64,000 nt of DNA from Stellaceae bacterium. Its GTDB lineage: Bacteria > Pseudomonadota > Alphaproteobacteria > ATCC43930 > CGMCC-115725. Numbering within the stretch: the first letter of the stretch is position 1; each line of letters begins with the position of its first letter. The stretch is from the NCBI GenBank assembly GCA_050729795.1, contig JBOHME010000003.1, forward strand, positions 19,846 through 83,845, in the 5' to 3' direction. Shown piece by piece: positions 18,472 through 27,774 of the stretch. Under the pieces are notes generated by a model. The model did not search any database and was not told the origin of the DNA. It saw only the letters and a program-made list of their open reading frames with translations. The position numbers and the translations under genes are program-made.

Positions 18472-19545
18472 TCACACATCCGGCAGGGTGAAGACGGCAC
18501 AGGGTGCGGCGATGCCGCGCAGCATGTGCTCGCCGAGCGGCACCAGCGGTATGGTGATCGCGGCCGCGACCGCGCCCGAGATCAGCACCGACCGGCCCAG
18601 CGGCCGGCACAGCCCTTCCAGCCGGCTGACCAGATTGACCGCAGGACCGATCGCGGTGAAGTCCAGCCGGTCGGCGGCACCAATATTGCCCCACAGCATC
18701 TTCCCGAGATGCAGCGCCGCCCCGAAGGGTAAGGGCGGCAGGCCCTGCGCGCGCCGTACCGCATCGAGATGGGCCATGCCGGCGCGGGCCGCGGCCACTG
18801 CGCGCAGCGCCGCCGTGCAAGCCTCGGCCGGAGTAGCGGTGACCGGAAAAATCGCCAGCACACCGTCGCCAATGAATTTCAACACCTCGCCGTCGAAGGC
18901 GTGCACTGCACCGGCGACGCGGTCGAACCAGGCGTCGAGGGCGGCGATCATTGCCGCGGGCTCGGTCGCCTCGGAGAGGGCGGTAAAGTCGCGCAGGTCA
19001 GCCGAGAGCAGGGCCGCGCGGATCGTCTCCCCGGTGCCGCGCCGCAGCGCACCGGCCTGCACCCGGGCGGCGCTGCGGCGGCCGAGATAGGCTTCGAGCA
19101 GGGCTGCGAGCGCGGCCCGCGCGGCGAGTGCCGCCAACGGTGCGCAAGCAAAGCGCGCGACCTCGCGCAACAGGTGGGCCTCGGCGGTGCCGAACGACCG
19201 GGTCCCGGCCCAGCCCAGCACGACATTGTCCGCGTCCGGACTGTCCGGTCTTGGGCGGGCCGTGTCCTGCTGCACCGGGCCGAGCGCGGCCAGCCATCGA
19301 TACCCGGGTCGGTCGGACGGATCCCCGGCGAAGCTCAGCGCCTCGATCACCGCCCGGGTTTGCGCCCGCCACAGCCAGGTCCGGCGGGCGATGATCGGAT
19401 GCGGCACCGCGAGGCTGAGCGCACCGCCGGCGAGCGGCAGGCCATCGGCCAGCAGCCGCCCGCCGAGTTCAGCGAGGAACCGGTCGGGACCTGACACGCG
19501 GCCGGCTTCGTCCACAAGCCACGCGAAGAGCGCCGGCAAATCCAT
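18472..19545 (-). CDS. class III adenylate/guanylate cyclase domain protein
   Basis: The C-terminal catalytic domain reads ALLSADLRDFTALSE...VLKFIGDGVLAIFPV...GNIGA..RLDFTAIGPAVNLVSRLE. The N-terminal domain is unrecognised. Confidence 0.85.
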   Translation of the reverse strand: MDLPALFAWLVDEAGRVSGPDRFLAELGGRLLADGLPLAGGALSLAVPHPIIARRTWLWRAQTRAVIEALSFAGDPSDRPGYRWLAALGPVQQDTARPRPDSPDADNVVLGWAGTRSFGTAEAHLLREVARFACAPLAALAARAALAALLEAYLGRRSAARVQAGALRRGTGETIRAALLSADLRDFTALSEATEPAAMIAALDAWFDRVAGAVHAFDGEVLKFIGDGVLAIFPVTATPAEACTAALRAVAAARAGMAHLDAVRRAQGLPPLPFGAALHLGKMLWGNIGAADRLDFTAIGPAVNLVSRLEGLCRPLGRSVLISGAVAAAITIPLVPLGEHMLRGIAAPCAVFTLPDV

Positions 19546-19704
19546 GGCTACGATAATGCCGCCACGGCCGCTCTCCTGTCACCCGGGCCGCGGCGATGAC
19601 GCCGCCCGCCCCGCCGGTCTATCCTGCGGGCTCAGACCGCGGACCCCGGCGCCAGTCCGACCGCCGCCGCAAGGGGCGGATTATCGCAATCATGGGAGAG
19701 ACCG

Positions 19705-20163
19705 ATGCAACAGGCTCTTGTCGTCCGCCGCGAGACGCACATCCCGGCCCCGCCCGCCGCCGTTTTCGCCTTGCTGACCGACCCGGAGAAGATCCTCGGC
19801 TGGATGGGAACCGAGGCGCAGGTCGAGCCGCATCCGGGCGGGCTCTATCTGGTCAATGTCACCGGCGCGCGCTGCGCCCGCGGCTCGTTTCGCGAGGTGG
19901 TTCCGGTGCACCGCCTCGCCTACAGCTTTGGCTGGGAGGGCAGCGAGGCCGTGCCGCCGGGCTCGAGCCTGGTCGAGATCGACCTGGTCGAAGAGCCTCC
20001 GGACGGAACCTTGCTGCGCCTGACCCATACCGGCCTGCCCAGCATCGAGCAGTGCAACGGCCATGCCGAGGGCTGGGGCCATTATCTCGGCCGGCTGGCC
20101 GAATTTGCCGCCGGGCGCGACCCGGGCCCCGACCCCTGGCACGGCCGCACCGTCGTGGCGTGA
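19705..20163 (+). CDS. SRPBCC-family (AHSA1-like) protein
   Basis: 152 aa with IPAPPAAVFALLTDPEKILGWMG and a typical Aha1/START-like layout. Confidence 0.75.
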   Translation: MQQALVVRRETHIPAPPAAVFALLTDPEKILGWMGTEAQVEPHPGGLYLVNVTGARCARGSFREVVPVHRLAYSFGWEGSEAVPPGSSLVEIDLVEEPPDGTLLRLTHTGLPSIEQCNGHAEGWGHYLGRLAEFAAGRDPGPDPWHGRTVVA

Positions 20164-20302
20164 TCGCTTTCAGCTTTCGATGGCGCCGCAGGTGCGCCGC
20201 CCCCGGGTTGTGGCGAACAGGCACGCAGGGAAGAGCGCAGAGTGGTCGTCGTGAAGGCGGGCGGTGCGATGACCAGCCAGGCGCGATTTCCGCCAGACAG
20301 CT

Positions 20303-21496
20303 CTAGCCGGGCGCGGCCCCCTGGATGTTGACGAGAAGCCCGTAGAGCGATTGCGAGGCGGCCATGAACAGGTAGTTGCGCTTCGGCCCGCCAAAGGCGA
20401 GGTTGGCGCAGATTTCCGGCAGGCGGATGCGGCCGATCAGCTTGCCTTCCTTGTTCCACACGGTCACCCCGCAATAACCCAAGGGCGCGTTCGAGCCGAC
20501 CCACAGATTGCCGGCGCGGTCGGCGCGCATGCCGTCAGGGCCGCAATGCACGCCGTCCACCATGCAGTCGGCGAAGCGGCGCATATTGGCGAGCTTTTGG
20601 CCCTTGACATCAAAAGCGTAGATGACTCCTTTGCCGCCGGTCGTCTGGCCCGGCCCCGGCCCGGTGCTGATCAGATAAAGCGTCTTGTAGTCGGGCGAGA
20701 AGCAGATGCCGTTCGGGTCGGGAACCTGGTCGGCGCCGACCACCACGTCGAGTTTTCCGCTCGGGTCCCAGCGGTAGGTGTTGGTCGGCAATTCGCCTTT
20801 GAGCCCGCCGATCAGCCCGACACCGTGATCGCCGAGATTGGGGTTGTAGACCCCGTCCGGGTTCGCCCGACCGCCAGCTACATCGGGGTGGCCCTCGGTC
20901 AGCTGCGCGCCATAGGGCGGGTCGGTGAACCAGATGCTGCCATCCGGGTGCGGTATCAAATCATTCGGCGAATTCAGCGGCTTGCCCTGATAGGAATCGG
21001 CAATGACAGTCATCGAGCCGTCGGGCTCCCAGCGCACGACCCGGCGGAAGAAATCCTGGGTCGACAGCTGGCGGCCCTGGAAATCGAACGAGTTCCCGTT
21101 GCTGTTGAAGGATGGCCGGCGATAGACGCTGACGCGGCGGGTTTCCCAGGTGTAGCGGTGCTGCGTGTCGCCCTTGACGTCGCTGAAGACGAGATAGTTG
21201 CCCTCGCCGGACCAGGCCGGACCTTCGGCCCAGGCGGCCCCGGTCCAAAGGCGATGCAGCCCGGCGAGCCCAACGACGTACTGGTGGAAGGACGGATCGA
21301 CGATCACGATGTCGGGATCGGGATAGATGTCGGGCGGGGCGAGCCGGCCCCATTGCCGCGGCGGCTGGCTGATCACGGTCGGTGGATGGCCGAGTTCGGC
21401 CTTTGTCTGGCCATGCGCCAATGTGGGGACCAGTGCGGCTGCGCCGGCGAGCAGGCCGCGCCGGGTCAGCCGGCCGCCATCGAACGATCCCATCAT
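20303..21496 (-). CDS. SMP-30/gluconolactonase/LRE-family protein with Tat-type signal
   Basis: Twin-arginine leader GGRLTRRGLLAGAAALVPTLAHG. Beta-propeller-like repeats (GPAWSGEGNYLVFSDV and PNDLIPHPDGSIWFTDP). The start is chosen at MMGSF; the ORF extends to 21547. Confidence 0.8.
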   Translation of the reverse strand: MMGSFDGGRLTRRGLLAGAAALVPTLAHGQTKAELGHPPTVISQPPRQWGRLAPPDIYPDPDIVIVDPSFHQYVVGLAGLHRLWTGAAWAEGPAWSGEGNYLVFSDVKGDTQHRYTWETRRVSVYRRPSFNSNGNSFDFQGRQLSTQDFFRRVVRWEPDGSMTVIADSYQGKPLNSPNDLIPHPDGSIWFTDPPYGAQLTEGHPDVAGGRANPDGVYNPNLGDHGVGLIGGLKGELPTNTYRWDPSGKLDVVVGADQVPDPNGICFSPDYKTLYLISTGPGPGQTTGGKGVIYAFDVKGQKLANMRRFADCMVDGVHCGPDGMRADRAGNLWVGSNAPLGYCGVTVWNKEGKLIGRIRLPEICANLAFGGPKRNYLFMAASQSLYGLLVNIQGAAPG

Positions 21497-21564
21497 CCCC
21501 GTTCCTCCCCCGAATGTTGGATCGATGCCGCCGCAAGAATGTGGCACCGCGATTTCCGCAAATC

Positions 21565-22029
21565 TCAGGCGTTGCGCTCGCGCAGAATGCGGGCGCGGCT
21601 CCTCTGCCAGTCGCGCGCCTTATCGGCTTCGCGCTTGTCGGCCTTGCGCTTGCCGCGGGCGAGGCCGAGCGCGATCTTGGCCCGGCCCCGCTCGTTGAAA
21701 TAAATCGACAACGGCACCACCGTCACCCCCTCGCGGCGGATCGCGCCCAGGAGCCGGTTCATTTCCTTGCGGTGCAGCAAGAGCTTTCGCGGCCGCCGCG
21801 GCTCATGATTGAAATGGGCCGACGCCGCATATTCCGGAATGTTCGCGTTGACCAGAAACAACTCGCCGCCGCTCTCGTCGGCATAGGCCTCGGTGATGCT
21901 CGCCTGCCCCTTGCGCAGCACCTTGACCTCGGTGCCGTGCAGCACAAGCCCGGCTTCGAGCGTGTCCTCGATCAGATAGTCGTGCCGCGCGCGCCGGTTC
22001 TGCGCAACGTAATGGTCGGTGGCCCGCAT
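21565..22029 (-). CDS. smpB: SsrA-binding protein
   Basis: [32 protein letters not shown]...[11 protein letters not shown], with a basic C-terminal tail. Confidence 0.95.
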   Translation of the reverse strand: MRATDHYVAQNRRARHDYLIEDTLEAGLVLHGTEVKVLRKGQASITEAYADESGGELFLVNANIPEYAASAHFNHEPRRPRKLLLHRKEMNRLLGAIRREGVTVVPLSIYFNERGRAKIALGLARGKRKADKREADKARDWQRSRARILRERNA

Positions 22030-22042
22030 CGCGTGGCCGGGC

Positions 22043-22918
22043 TCAGTTCAACAGGCCGGCGCCGCGCATCGCCCGCGCCACCCGTTCCTGCGTCTCGGAC
22101 GTGGTCTGCCACAGCGGCAGCCGCACCGTCGGCTCGCATTTGCCGAGCAGCGAGGCGGCATATTTGACCGGAGCGGGGCTGGTTTCGGCGAACAGCGCGT
22201 CGTGCAGCGGGACGAGCCGCTCGTTGATGCGCCGCACCGCCGCGACATCACCCTTCTGCCACGCCTCGTGCATCTCGGCGAGCAGTCGCGGCGCCACATT
22301 GGCGGTAACCGAAATGCAGCCGTCGCCGCCCTGCGCCAGATAGGCGACCGCGGTCGCGTCCTCGCCGGACAGCATCGAGAATTCGCCATCGATGTCGATC
22401 CGCAGGCGCAGCGGCCGGGCGAGATCGTTGGTCGCGTCCTTGACCCCGACGATGTTCGGCAATTTGGCGAGCCGGGCCATCGTCGCGTTCGACATGTCCA
22501 CCGACGAGCGGCCGGGAATGTTGTAGATCACGATCGGCAGATCGACCGCATCGTGCACCGCCTTGAAATGCTGGTAGAGCCCCTCCTGGGTCGGCTTGTT
22601 GTAATAGGGGCAGACGACGAGTGCCGCATCGGCGCCGGCTTCCTTGGCCGCTCGTGTCAGCGCGATCGTATGATCGGTCGAATTGGTGCCGGTGCCGGCG
22701 ATGACCGGAACCCTGCGGTCGGCCGCCTCGGCGCACAGGCTCACGACCCGGCGATGCTCATCGTCATGGAGCGATGGCGACTCGCCGGTGGTGCCGCACG
22801 GCACGAGACCATGTGTGCCTTGCGCGATCTGCCACGCCACCAGCTCCTGAAACGCACCCTCATCGACGCCCCCGTTACGGAAGGGCGTGATCAGCGCGAC
22901 GAGCGATCCCTTGAACAT
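22043..22918 (-). CDS. dapA: 4-hydroxy-tetrahydrodipicolinate synthase
   Basis: [13 protein letters not shown]..., the GTTGESPSL motif and [10 protein letters not shown]. 291 aa. Confidence 0.95.
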   Translation of the reverse strand: MFKGSLVALITPFRNGGVDEGAFQELVAWQIAQGTHGLVPCGTTGESPSLHDDEHRRVVSLCAEAADRRVPVIAGTGTNSTDHTIALTRAAKEAGADAALVVCPYYNKPTQEGLYQHFKAVHDAVDLPIVIYNIPGRSSVDMSNATMARLAKLPNIVGVKDATNDLARPLRLRIDIDGEFSMLSGEDATAVAYLAQGGDGCISVTANVAPRLLAEMHEAWQKGDVAAVRRINERLVPLHDALFAETSPAPVKYAASLLGKCEPTVRLPLWQTTSETQERVARAMRGAGLLN

Positions 22919-23107
22919 CGACTCCTCCCCGGATAGGCGTTCAATAAGGAACGACGATAATCCGCGCCGCTCCAGCCTTCAACAGCGCCGCCAACAACGC
23001 CGCACCCCTCGGACCGGGACGGATGAGGCGGCGGGCTTGCCGCGCTCGGCAAAACTCCGTAATGGTCCCTGCCTCACCTTTGACGCGGCAAGGAAGGGGG
23101 GCCAACC

Positions 23108-25072
23108 TTGCTCTGGCTGAGCCGCCTGGTGCTGGCGCTGGTCATGGTCGGTTTGGCGACCGGCCGGGCGCGTGCCCAAGGACTTGTGGGTTCGGGGCCG
23201 GCCGACCCCGGTCTCGCGGCGGCGCGTGCCGTGTTCGCCGCAGCGCGGGCTGGCGATTGGAGCCGGGCCTATGCGGGGGTGGCGGCGATCAAGGATCCGC
23301 TGCTGCTGAAGATGCTGCACTGGGAGGATTACGCCAGCCCCGGCGCCCCCGGCAGCTTTGCCGAGATCGCGGACTTCATCACAAAGAACCCGGACTGGCC
23401 GCATCAGGCGGCGTTGCGCAAGCACGCCGAAGAAGCACTGGCTGGCGAGAGCGATGCCGTCGCCGCCGCGTGGCTCGAGCGCTATCCGCCGCTCAGCGCC
23501 GCCGGGCTGGTCCGCGCCGCCGAGATAAAGCTCGACGCGGGTAATGTCGCCACCGGCACCGCGGCACTGCGCGCGGCGTGGATTGGATGCGATTTCAACG
23601 CGCTCGACGAGAAGGCTTTTCTCGCCAAGCACGGCGACATGATCCGCCCGGCGGATGACGAAGCCAGGCTCGATCGTCTCCTGTGGGTGGGCAGGGTCGA
23701 GGAGGCACGGCGGATGCTCGCCCGGGTTCCGCCCGACCGGCGTGAGCTGGCCGAGGCGCGCTTGGCGCTGGCGGTAGAGGCCCCGGCAGCGCCGCTGCTG
23801 GTCGCCGAGGTTCCAGTCGCGCTGCGCACCAATCCCGGCTTACGCTACGAAGAGCTGCGTTGGCAGCGTGAAAAGGGCACGACCGACGCTGCGGTCGCGA
23901 TCCTCGAAGCCGATCCCGGCGACCCGGCGCACCCCGCCGCATGGTGGCACGAGCGCCAGATCATCGCGCGCCGGCTGCTCGCCGCCGGCCATCCCGACCG
24001 CGCCTATCGCATTGCCGAGCATCATGGCGTGCTCGCTGGCGACGACGGCTCGAGCGCCGATTTTCTGCTCGGCTACATCGCGCTCCGCTATATGAAAAAT
24101 CCGGCGCTGGCGTTTGATTACTTCTCCCAAATCCTCGCCCGTGCCGACACGCCCTATGCAAAGGCGCGCGCCGGCTATTGGGGCGGACGGGCGGCAGAAG
24201 CCGAGGCGAAATCGGCGCTCGCGAAAAAATGGTATGCCGCCGGGGCCGCGCATATGGCGACCTTCTACGGTCAGCTCGCGGCGCATGAGCTCGGCAACGA
24301 CGCGCCGCCCCACCCGGTCGCCGAACCGGTTCCCACCGCGGCCGAGCGCACCGCGTTCGACGCTGAGGAGCTGGTGCGCGCCGCCCGGATGTTCTTTGCC
24401 CTCGGCGATCGCCGCGACGGCAAGGTGCTCCTGCTGCACCTCGCCGATCACGCGCATACGCCGACCGAGTTCGCGATGCTCGCGGCACTTGCCGAAGAAA
24501 ACAGGCGCATCGACCTGTCGATCGCTGTCGCCAAGCGGGCGATCGTCGCCGGAACGCCGCTGATGATCCACGGCTACCCGGTGGTTGCGCTGCCGAGCGG
24601 CGGCGATGTCGAGCCCGCGCTGATTTTTGCGATCGTGCGTCAGGAGAGCGCCTTCGACACTGCGGCGGTCAGCCCGGCGGGGGCGCTCGGACTGATGCAG
24701 CTGATGCCGGCGACCGCGATCTCTATGGCCGACAAGCTGTCACTGCCCTTCTCGATCCCGCGATTGACGCTGGACGCGATGTACAACCTGAGCTTGGGGC
24801 GCGGCTATCTGGAGCATCTGATCGACGATTTCGGCGGCTCCTATGCGCTGGCGATCGCCGCCTACAACGCCGGACCGAGCCGGGTGCGGCAGTGGCTCAC
24901 CGAATATGGCGACCCGCGCGGCGGCGATGTCGATATGGTCGATTGGATCGAGACCATCCCGATCGACGAAACCCGGCGCTATGTCCAGCGAGTGCTCGAA
25001 AATCTGCAGGTCTATCGGGGCCAGGAGAGCCGCAACTCGGCCTTCTCGCTGGTCAGCGATCTCGCCCGCTGA
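23108..25072 (+). CDS. slt: soluble lytic murein transglycosylase (Slt70-like)
   Basis: TTG start and signal peptide. Long helical superhelix domain, then an SLT catalytic domain (VRQESAFDTAAVSPAGALGLMQLMPAT and AYNAGPSRV). Confidence 0.9.
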   Translation: MLWLSRLVLALVMVGLATGRARAQGLVGSGPADPGLAAARAVFAAARAGDWSRAYAGVAAIKDPLLLKMLHWEDYASPGAPGSFAEIADFITKNPDWPHQAALRKHAEEALAGESDAVAAAWLERYPPLSAAGLVRAAEIKLDAGNVATGTAALRAAWIGCDFNALDEKAFLAKHGDMIRPADDEARLDRLLWVGRVEEARRMLARVPPDRRELAEARLALAVEAPAAPLLVAEVPVALRTNPGLRYEELRWQREKGTTDAAVAILEADPGDPAHPAAWWHERQIIARRLLAAGHPDRAYRIAEHHGVLAGDDGSSADFLLGYIALRYMKNPALAFDYFSQILARADTPYAKARAGYWGGRAAEAEAKSALAKKWYAAGAAHMATFYGQLAAHELGNDAPPHPVAEPVPTAAERTAFDAEELVRAARMFFALGDRRDGKVLLLHLADHAHTPTEFAMLAALAEENRRIDLSIAVAKRAIVAGTPLMIHGYPVVALPSGGDVEPALIFAIVRQESAFDTAAVSPAGALGLMQLMPATAISMADKLSLPFSIPRLTLDAMYNLSLGRGYLEHLIDDFGGSYALAIAAYNAGPSRVRQWLTEYGDPRGGDVDMVDWIETIPIDETRRYVQRVLENLQVYRGQESRNSAFSLVSDLAR

Positions 25073-25090
25073 CCTCCCGGTGCAGCGCCG

Positions 25091-25177
25091 GCCGGATGTG
25101 GGTCTCAGGCCGATGCGGGCCTCAGGCCGATGCGGGCCTCAGGCCGATGCGGGCCTCAGGCCGATGCGGGCCTCAGG
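25091..25177. repeat. 17-bp tandem repeat, 4 perfect copies with degenerate flanking copies
   Basis: CTCAGGCCGATGCGGGC occurs at 25104, 25121, 25138 and 25155, with partial copies on both sides. Intergenic between slt and the amidohydrolase gene. Confidence 0.92.
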
Positions 25178-25280
25178 GTTGAGCAGTCCGCATCGGAGAC
25201 CTGCGCAGAACGGCTTAGGCGGGGTCTTGAACCGCGCCTAGAGTTTCCTCGCAGAACCCAACTGACCGGAGGTGTGCGCC

Positions 25281-26429
25281 ATGCAGTACCGGCGAATCTC
25301 GGCCGATTGTCATCTCGACATGCTCTGGCTGCCGCCTGAGCTGTTCACCGCGAACGCGTCGAGCAAAATGAAGGACCTGATGCCGTATGTCGCCGAGAAT
25401 TCGGACGGCGTAAAGCGCTGGACCGACAATAACGGCGCCGAGTACGGCCTTTGCGGCGGCGTCGGCGCCACGGGCTCGCCGTGGGTCAAGGGCAAGCAGC
25501 TGCGGGCCGACAAGATGGCCGAGGCGGGCCTCTATGACGACTACTTTAAGAAAGGGTTGCGCCGGCCCGGCGACCCGCATCTCCGCGTCAAGGATATGGA
25601 CCGCGACGGCGTCGACGCCGAGGTCATCTATGGCATTCTCGCCGCCTGCTCGAAGATGAAGGACCCCGAAGCAGCCGACGAGATGCTGCGCATTTATAAC
25701 GACTTCATGCACGCCTTTTCCGGCACCTATCCCGACCGCATGATCGGGCTGGCCTGCCTGCCATACAGCAATATTGAAGGCGCCGCGAGGGAAGTCCGCC
25801 GGGTCGCCAAGATGGGCATGAAGGGTGTCGAGCTTTCGTGCTCTTGGCATATGACGCCGATGTGGCACCCGACCTGGGACCCACTGTGGGAAGCGGTCAA
25901 CGAGACGCAACTACCGCTGCACTTCCATACCTTCCCGGCGACCGACCCCGAGCTGCGCAAATCGCTCGAGCCAACGATCGCGCGGCGCATGAGCTATAGC
26001 GGGCTGTGCCGGTTCCAGATGACGCTCGCGACGATCTTGACCGACCTGATGGGTGCCGCGGTGTTCGAGCGCTTTCCGAACATCCGCATGGTGTTGGGCG
26101 AAAGCGGCATCGGCTGGATTCCCTATGTGCTCGACCGCATGGATTTCGAGTTCAAGGACCAGTACCAGGACCTCAAGCTCAAAAAGCTGCCGAGCGAATA
26201 TTGGCGCAACCAATGCCGGGCGACGTTCCAATACGACCGCGTCGGCACCAAGCTGATCGAGGAGATGGGCGTCGAGACGCTGATGTGGGGCTCAGACTTC
26301 CCGCATCCGGATGGGGTGTGGCCCGAATCGAAAAAATACATCGAGGACCAGTTCAGCCATCTGCCGGGCGAGATCACCTTCAAGATGACCTGCGAGAACG
26401 CCGGCAAGTTCTACGGGCTGATCAACTGA
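25281..26429 (+). CDS. amidohydrolase-2 (ACMSD-like metal-dependent hydrolase/decarboxylase) family protein
   Basis: ATG at 25281 after GGAGG. ISADCHLD at the N-terminus, plus HFHTF and MWGSDFPHPDG. Confidence 0.8.
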   Translation: MQYRRISADCHLDMLWLPPELFTANASSKMKDLMPYVAENSDGVKRWTDNNGAEYGLCGGVGATGSPWVKGKQLRADKMAEAGLYDDYFKKGLRRPGDPHLRVKDMDRDGVDAEVIYGILAACSKMKDPEAADEMLRIYNDFMHAFSGTYPDRMIGLACLPYSNIEGAAREVRRVAKMGMKGVELSCSWHMTPMWHPTWDPLWEAVNETQLPLHFHTFPATDPELRKSLEPTIARRMSYSGLCRFQMTLATILTDLMGAAVFERFPNIRMVLGESGIGWIPYVLDRMDFEFKDQYQDLKLKKLPSEYWRNQCRATFQYDRVGTKLIEEMGVETLMWGSDFPHPDGVWPESKKYIEDQFSHLPGEITFKMTCENAGKFYGLIN

Positions 26430-26496
26430 CCAACAACAAAGCTCTCCCGGCCGATCGGTCGCCGGGCGGAGCATAAGAGACCGAAACGAACCTCGC

Positions 26497-26525
26497 GAAG
26501 GGCGGCTGCGGCCGCCCTTTTTTTC
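26497..26525 (+). terminator. rho-independent terminator after the amidohydrolase gene
   Basis: GGGCGGC-TGCG-GCCGCCC followed by TTTTTTT. Confidence 0.85.
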
Positions 26526-26748
26526 TGCGGCGGACGCGGCCACGATGCCTCTGCATGGAGCAGGAGTTGCCCGCCGCATTGGCCACCCGAGGAGCCCTAC
26601 CCTTTTCTCTCCCGAGGGGGTGAGAGGGCGCTCGGTCATTTTTCACTTTTTTGCCCTCGCGTGCTTTCGGATGGTCGCTGATGATCCCCGCGCGACGGCG
26701 ACGATGATCCGCGACGCGCCGGAACCATTTTTGGGTGACACAGCGGCG

Positions 26749-27381
26749 ATGAGCAGCGACAACGAAGAGCCGGGCTTATGGTTGTGGCATGGCGCGGAGC
26801 CATCAAAGAGCGAGGAGCCGGCGCAGGGTGCGGCGCCAGCCAAACGCGAGGCGCCATCCGAAATGACACCCGGTGCGTCCCCATCGCGTGTCGAACGGAT
26901 CGCGGATCGCCTCCGCTCCGCCATGGGGCGTGCCGGGTGGATCGCACCGCCAGGCGCGATGGCGCTCCTTGCGCTTGCTGCGCTGGCGGCGGCTCAGCTG
27001 CTGCCAAACGGTGGGCCTCGATCACCGAATACCGCAACCGTTCAATCTCAACGACCCCGATCGACGAGCGTTGGGCGCCGTTCCACTCCCATGCCGCCCA
27101 TTGCGAAACTGGAACAAGTAGCGATACCGCTGCCCGCATTGCCGGTATTGCCCGCGCCGCACCTCGAACCGGTTCCGCTGGAGCCGCTATCGGCGACCCA
27201 GCCGGCCGCCGGCCGCGCCGTGCACAAAACGCTCGAAAGGCGGGTGGCGCACCGCTCGCGGCGTGCCGCGCGAAGAGTGCACGCGTCGCTTGCTCACCGG
27301 CCGAAACCCATGCTTTGGGCCGATTGCCGCTATCGGTGCGGCTGGATGGAGCCGATGACATGGCACGGCGGGGGCTACTAG
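26749..27381 (+). CDS. hypothetical membrane-anchored Pro/Ala-rich protein
   Basis: Part of ORF 26545..27381. The tentative start is MSSDNEEPGLW. One TM-like segment (GAMALLALAALAAAQLL) and a Cys/Trp-rich end CRYRCGWMEPMTWHGGGY. No family recognised. Confidence 0.4.
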   Translation: MSSDNEEPGLWLWHGAEPSKSEEPAQGAAPAKREAPSEMTPGASPSRVERIADRLRSAMGRAGWIAPPGAMALLALAALAAAQLLPNGGPRSPNTATVQSQRPRSTSVGRRSTPMPPIAKLEQVAIPLPALPVLPAPHLEPVPLEPLSATQPAAGRAVHKTLERRVAHRSRRAARRVHASLAHRPKPMLWADCRYRCGWMEPMTWHGGGY

Positions 27382-27412
27382 CCTGACCGCGGCTTCCCGA
27401 CGGCGGCCCCGG

Positions 27413-27438
27413 CAGACGATGGGGGCAGGCGATGGGGG
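27413..27438. repeat. 13-bp direct tandem duplication
   Basis: CAGACGATGGGGG is followed directly by CAGGCGATGGGGG. Confidence 0.8.
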
Positions 27439-27488
27439 CGGGAGGCGTTGACTGGCGCGGACTTCCGTCCAAATGCACGGTTCCTGCG

Positions 27489-27522
27489 CCAAAGAAAAAT
27501 GGCCCCGGGAAAACCCGAGGCC
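27489..27522 (-). terminator. rho-independent terminator (minus strand)
   Basis: The minus strand reads GGCCUCGGG-UUUU-CCCGGGGCC, a 9-bp stem with one G-U pair, followed by AUUUUUCUUUGG. Confidence 0.75.
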
Positions 27523-27660
27523 AAGTTTGAACAGGGAGGCTTCACGTCTGGGAGACGTAAGGGTCCTAAGACCCTCTTCCCGGGAGCAAGTCCCGGGAAC
27601 CCGTATTGGCGAAACACTCGCCAAAAGCTCGTTGCGATGTGGCATCGCGTGGTTGGAAAA
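27492..27660 (-). ncRNA. candidate trans-acting sRNA (AbcR/alpha-r15-like), 5' end uncertain
   Basis: The 400-bp gap has no credible ORF. It holds six consecutive perfect short hairpins: 27501-22, 27544-58, 27561-74, 27578-98, 27606-24 and 27634-48. On the minus strand the array ends in a strong intrinsic terminator. The minus strand also exposes CUCCCA in a hairpin loop and CCUCCC in the single-stranded stretch before the terminator. The locus sits beside a LysR gene adjacent to trxB. Confidence 0.45.
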
Positions 27661-27710
27661 TGGTCGCTTCGATGCCGCGTTACCAACAGGAATTGGTTCT
27701 GGCTCGTCTG

Positions 27711-27732
27711 CAAAAACCGCAATCCTCTGCGG
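27711..27732 (-). terminator. probable terminator of the LysR gene
   Basis: The minus strand reads CCGCA-GAGGAT-TGCGG followed by TTTTTG, about 45 nt after the LysR stop. Confidence 0.5.
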
Positions 27733-27774
27733 TCCGAGAAAGTTCGATTTGCCCGTCGGTCGATTCCATCCGGC

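Noticed and set aside
25091-25177. CRISPR array
   Set aside because: The repeats are directly adjacent (tandem) with no spacers, the unit is only 17 bp, and there are no cas genes.
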